Positions 23,895 to 24,617 of a stretch of DNA of 24,617 nt are shown here, piece after piece. Below the pieces are notes generated by a model, which was not told the DNA's origin, did no database searches, and saw only the letters and a program-made list of their open reading frames with translations. The DNA is taken from positions 1 to 24,617 of IMG/VR virus record IMGVR_UViG_3300025372_000925; one strand, given 5' to 3'. Within the stretch, counting starts at the first letter, position 1. Each line of letters starts with the position of its first letter. Source of the DNA: a virus. Taxonomy: Duplodnaviria > Caudoviricetes. The translations under genes were made by a program, and so were the position numbers.

Positions 23895-24617
23895 TTAGTA
23901 TGTCTCGCCGTTAACTCCACCAGTTACGTTAGAGCCGTTAGCTCCTGAACCGAATGATGATGTTGACATTGTAGAACCTGCAACCTTGATATTCTTAACG
24001 ATAACGTGTGCATCGTAGTTTTCCATTACGCAACCGACACGAATGAAGAGTGTGTACTCAATTGTGTCTTTCTTTGGCTGGAATAGACGATAAACTGTTA
24101 CGTCACGCTTAATACCAATGATGAAGTTCTGTGGGAATGTCAAGTGGACATCTCCGTGTGAACCTGTAGCACCAGAGTAGTCTCCGCTTTGTGTTTCTGA
24201 GATCAACGGAACGTTGATAACTGGAATACCAAATGCGAAAGGAGTTACTGTTCCTGGACCACCATCGTTAGCAGCGACATCACCACGGATGATACCTGAA
24301 GCGATATCAAATGGGTTGCCGTTACCAGCGTTAGCTGTCAAATTGAATAGATAATCCTGTACCAAGTTAGATCCTGTGAAGAATCTGAGTTGGTTACGAC
24401 GTTGCTTGTACTTACGAGGAAGTCTCTTAATAGCTTCGTTGAATACTGTCTTGTCAAGTCCGTATCCATTAGCGTCAACAACGTGTGCGTTGTTAAGAGC
24501 CAAAGAGCGGAAACCTTGGAAAGCTGACATCAAACCTGAACCAGTTCCAGTACCGTTAATAAGGGTATCCTCAATATCGTTACCAGCCTGGGTAGCCATA
24601 AGACGTGCAATGTGATC
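23895..24617 (-). CDS. Major capsid protein (HK97 fold), partial; 5' end lies outside the window
   Basis: The frame stays open to the window edge (DHIARLMATQAGNDIEDTLINGTG…). 'LPRKY', 'FGIPVINVP', 'NFIIGI.RD' and 'R.G...EN.DA.V' motifs, located upstream of the neck genes. Confidence 0.92.
   Translation of the reverse strand, partial: DHIARLMATQAGNDIEDTLINGTGTGSGLMSAFQGFRSLALNNAHVVDANGYGLDKTVFNEAIKRLPRKYKQRRNQLRFFTGSNLVQDYLFNLTANAGNGNPFDIASGIIRGDVAANDGGPGTVTPFAFGIPVINVPLISETQSGDYSGATGSHGDVHLTFPQNFIIGIKRDVTVYRLFQPKKDTIEYTLFIRVGCVMENYDAHVIVKNIKVAGSTMSTSSFGSGANGSNVTGGVNGETY

Noticed and set aside
1-24617. Alternative genetic code, tRNA genes, introns/inteins or mobile elements
   Set aside because: Genes tile the minus strand almost without gaps under the standard code with TAA, TAG and TGA all used as stops. 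No intergenic space or motifs for these elements were seen.

Overview
This window is the virion morphogenesis region of an AT-rich tailed phage with a siphovirus-type layout. All real genes are on the minus strand. Reading right to left: 3' part of the major capsid gene, a small HeH/Rho-N-like protein, head-tail adaptor, stopper, neck and tail-terminator proteins, major tail protein, a tail assembly chaperone with a clear -1 frameshift (CCCAAAC plus a downstream stem-loop), a 1830-aa tape measure protein, a Dit-like protein, a 2012-aa multi-domain tail-tip protein and four minor tail/fibre genes. The last fibre gene (2343..3950) encodes an FN3 domain followed by mucin-like Pro/Thr/Ser tandem repeats that separate small Cys-rich modules. 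Immediately after it, a perfect TTGACA-N17-TATAAT promoter drives a tightly coupled operon: a hypothetical protein, a Cys-rich DUF6171-like protein, a prolyl-4-hydroxylase-type 2OG-Fe(II) oxygenase, a radical SAM enzyme with a Twitch/SPASM domain, and an ORF missing from the supplied track and cut by the window edge. That ORF starts MKSIFVQISSYHDLELSK, which resembles the N-terminal motif of GT60 (Skp1-hydroxyproline/polypeptide alpha-GlcNAc) transferases. The main hypothesis, which is inference, is a phage-encoded hydroxylation and O-glycosylation system that decorates the adjacent mucin-like virion fibre. Product names come from motif recognition and synteny only; no database search was run.
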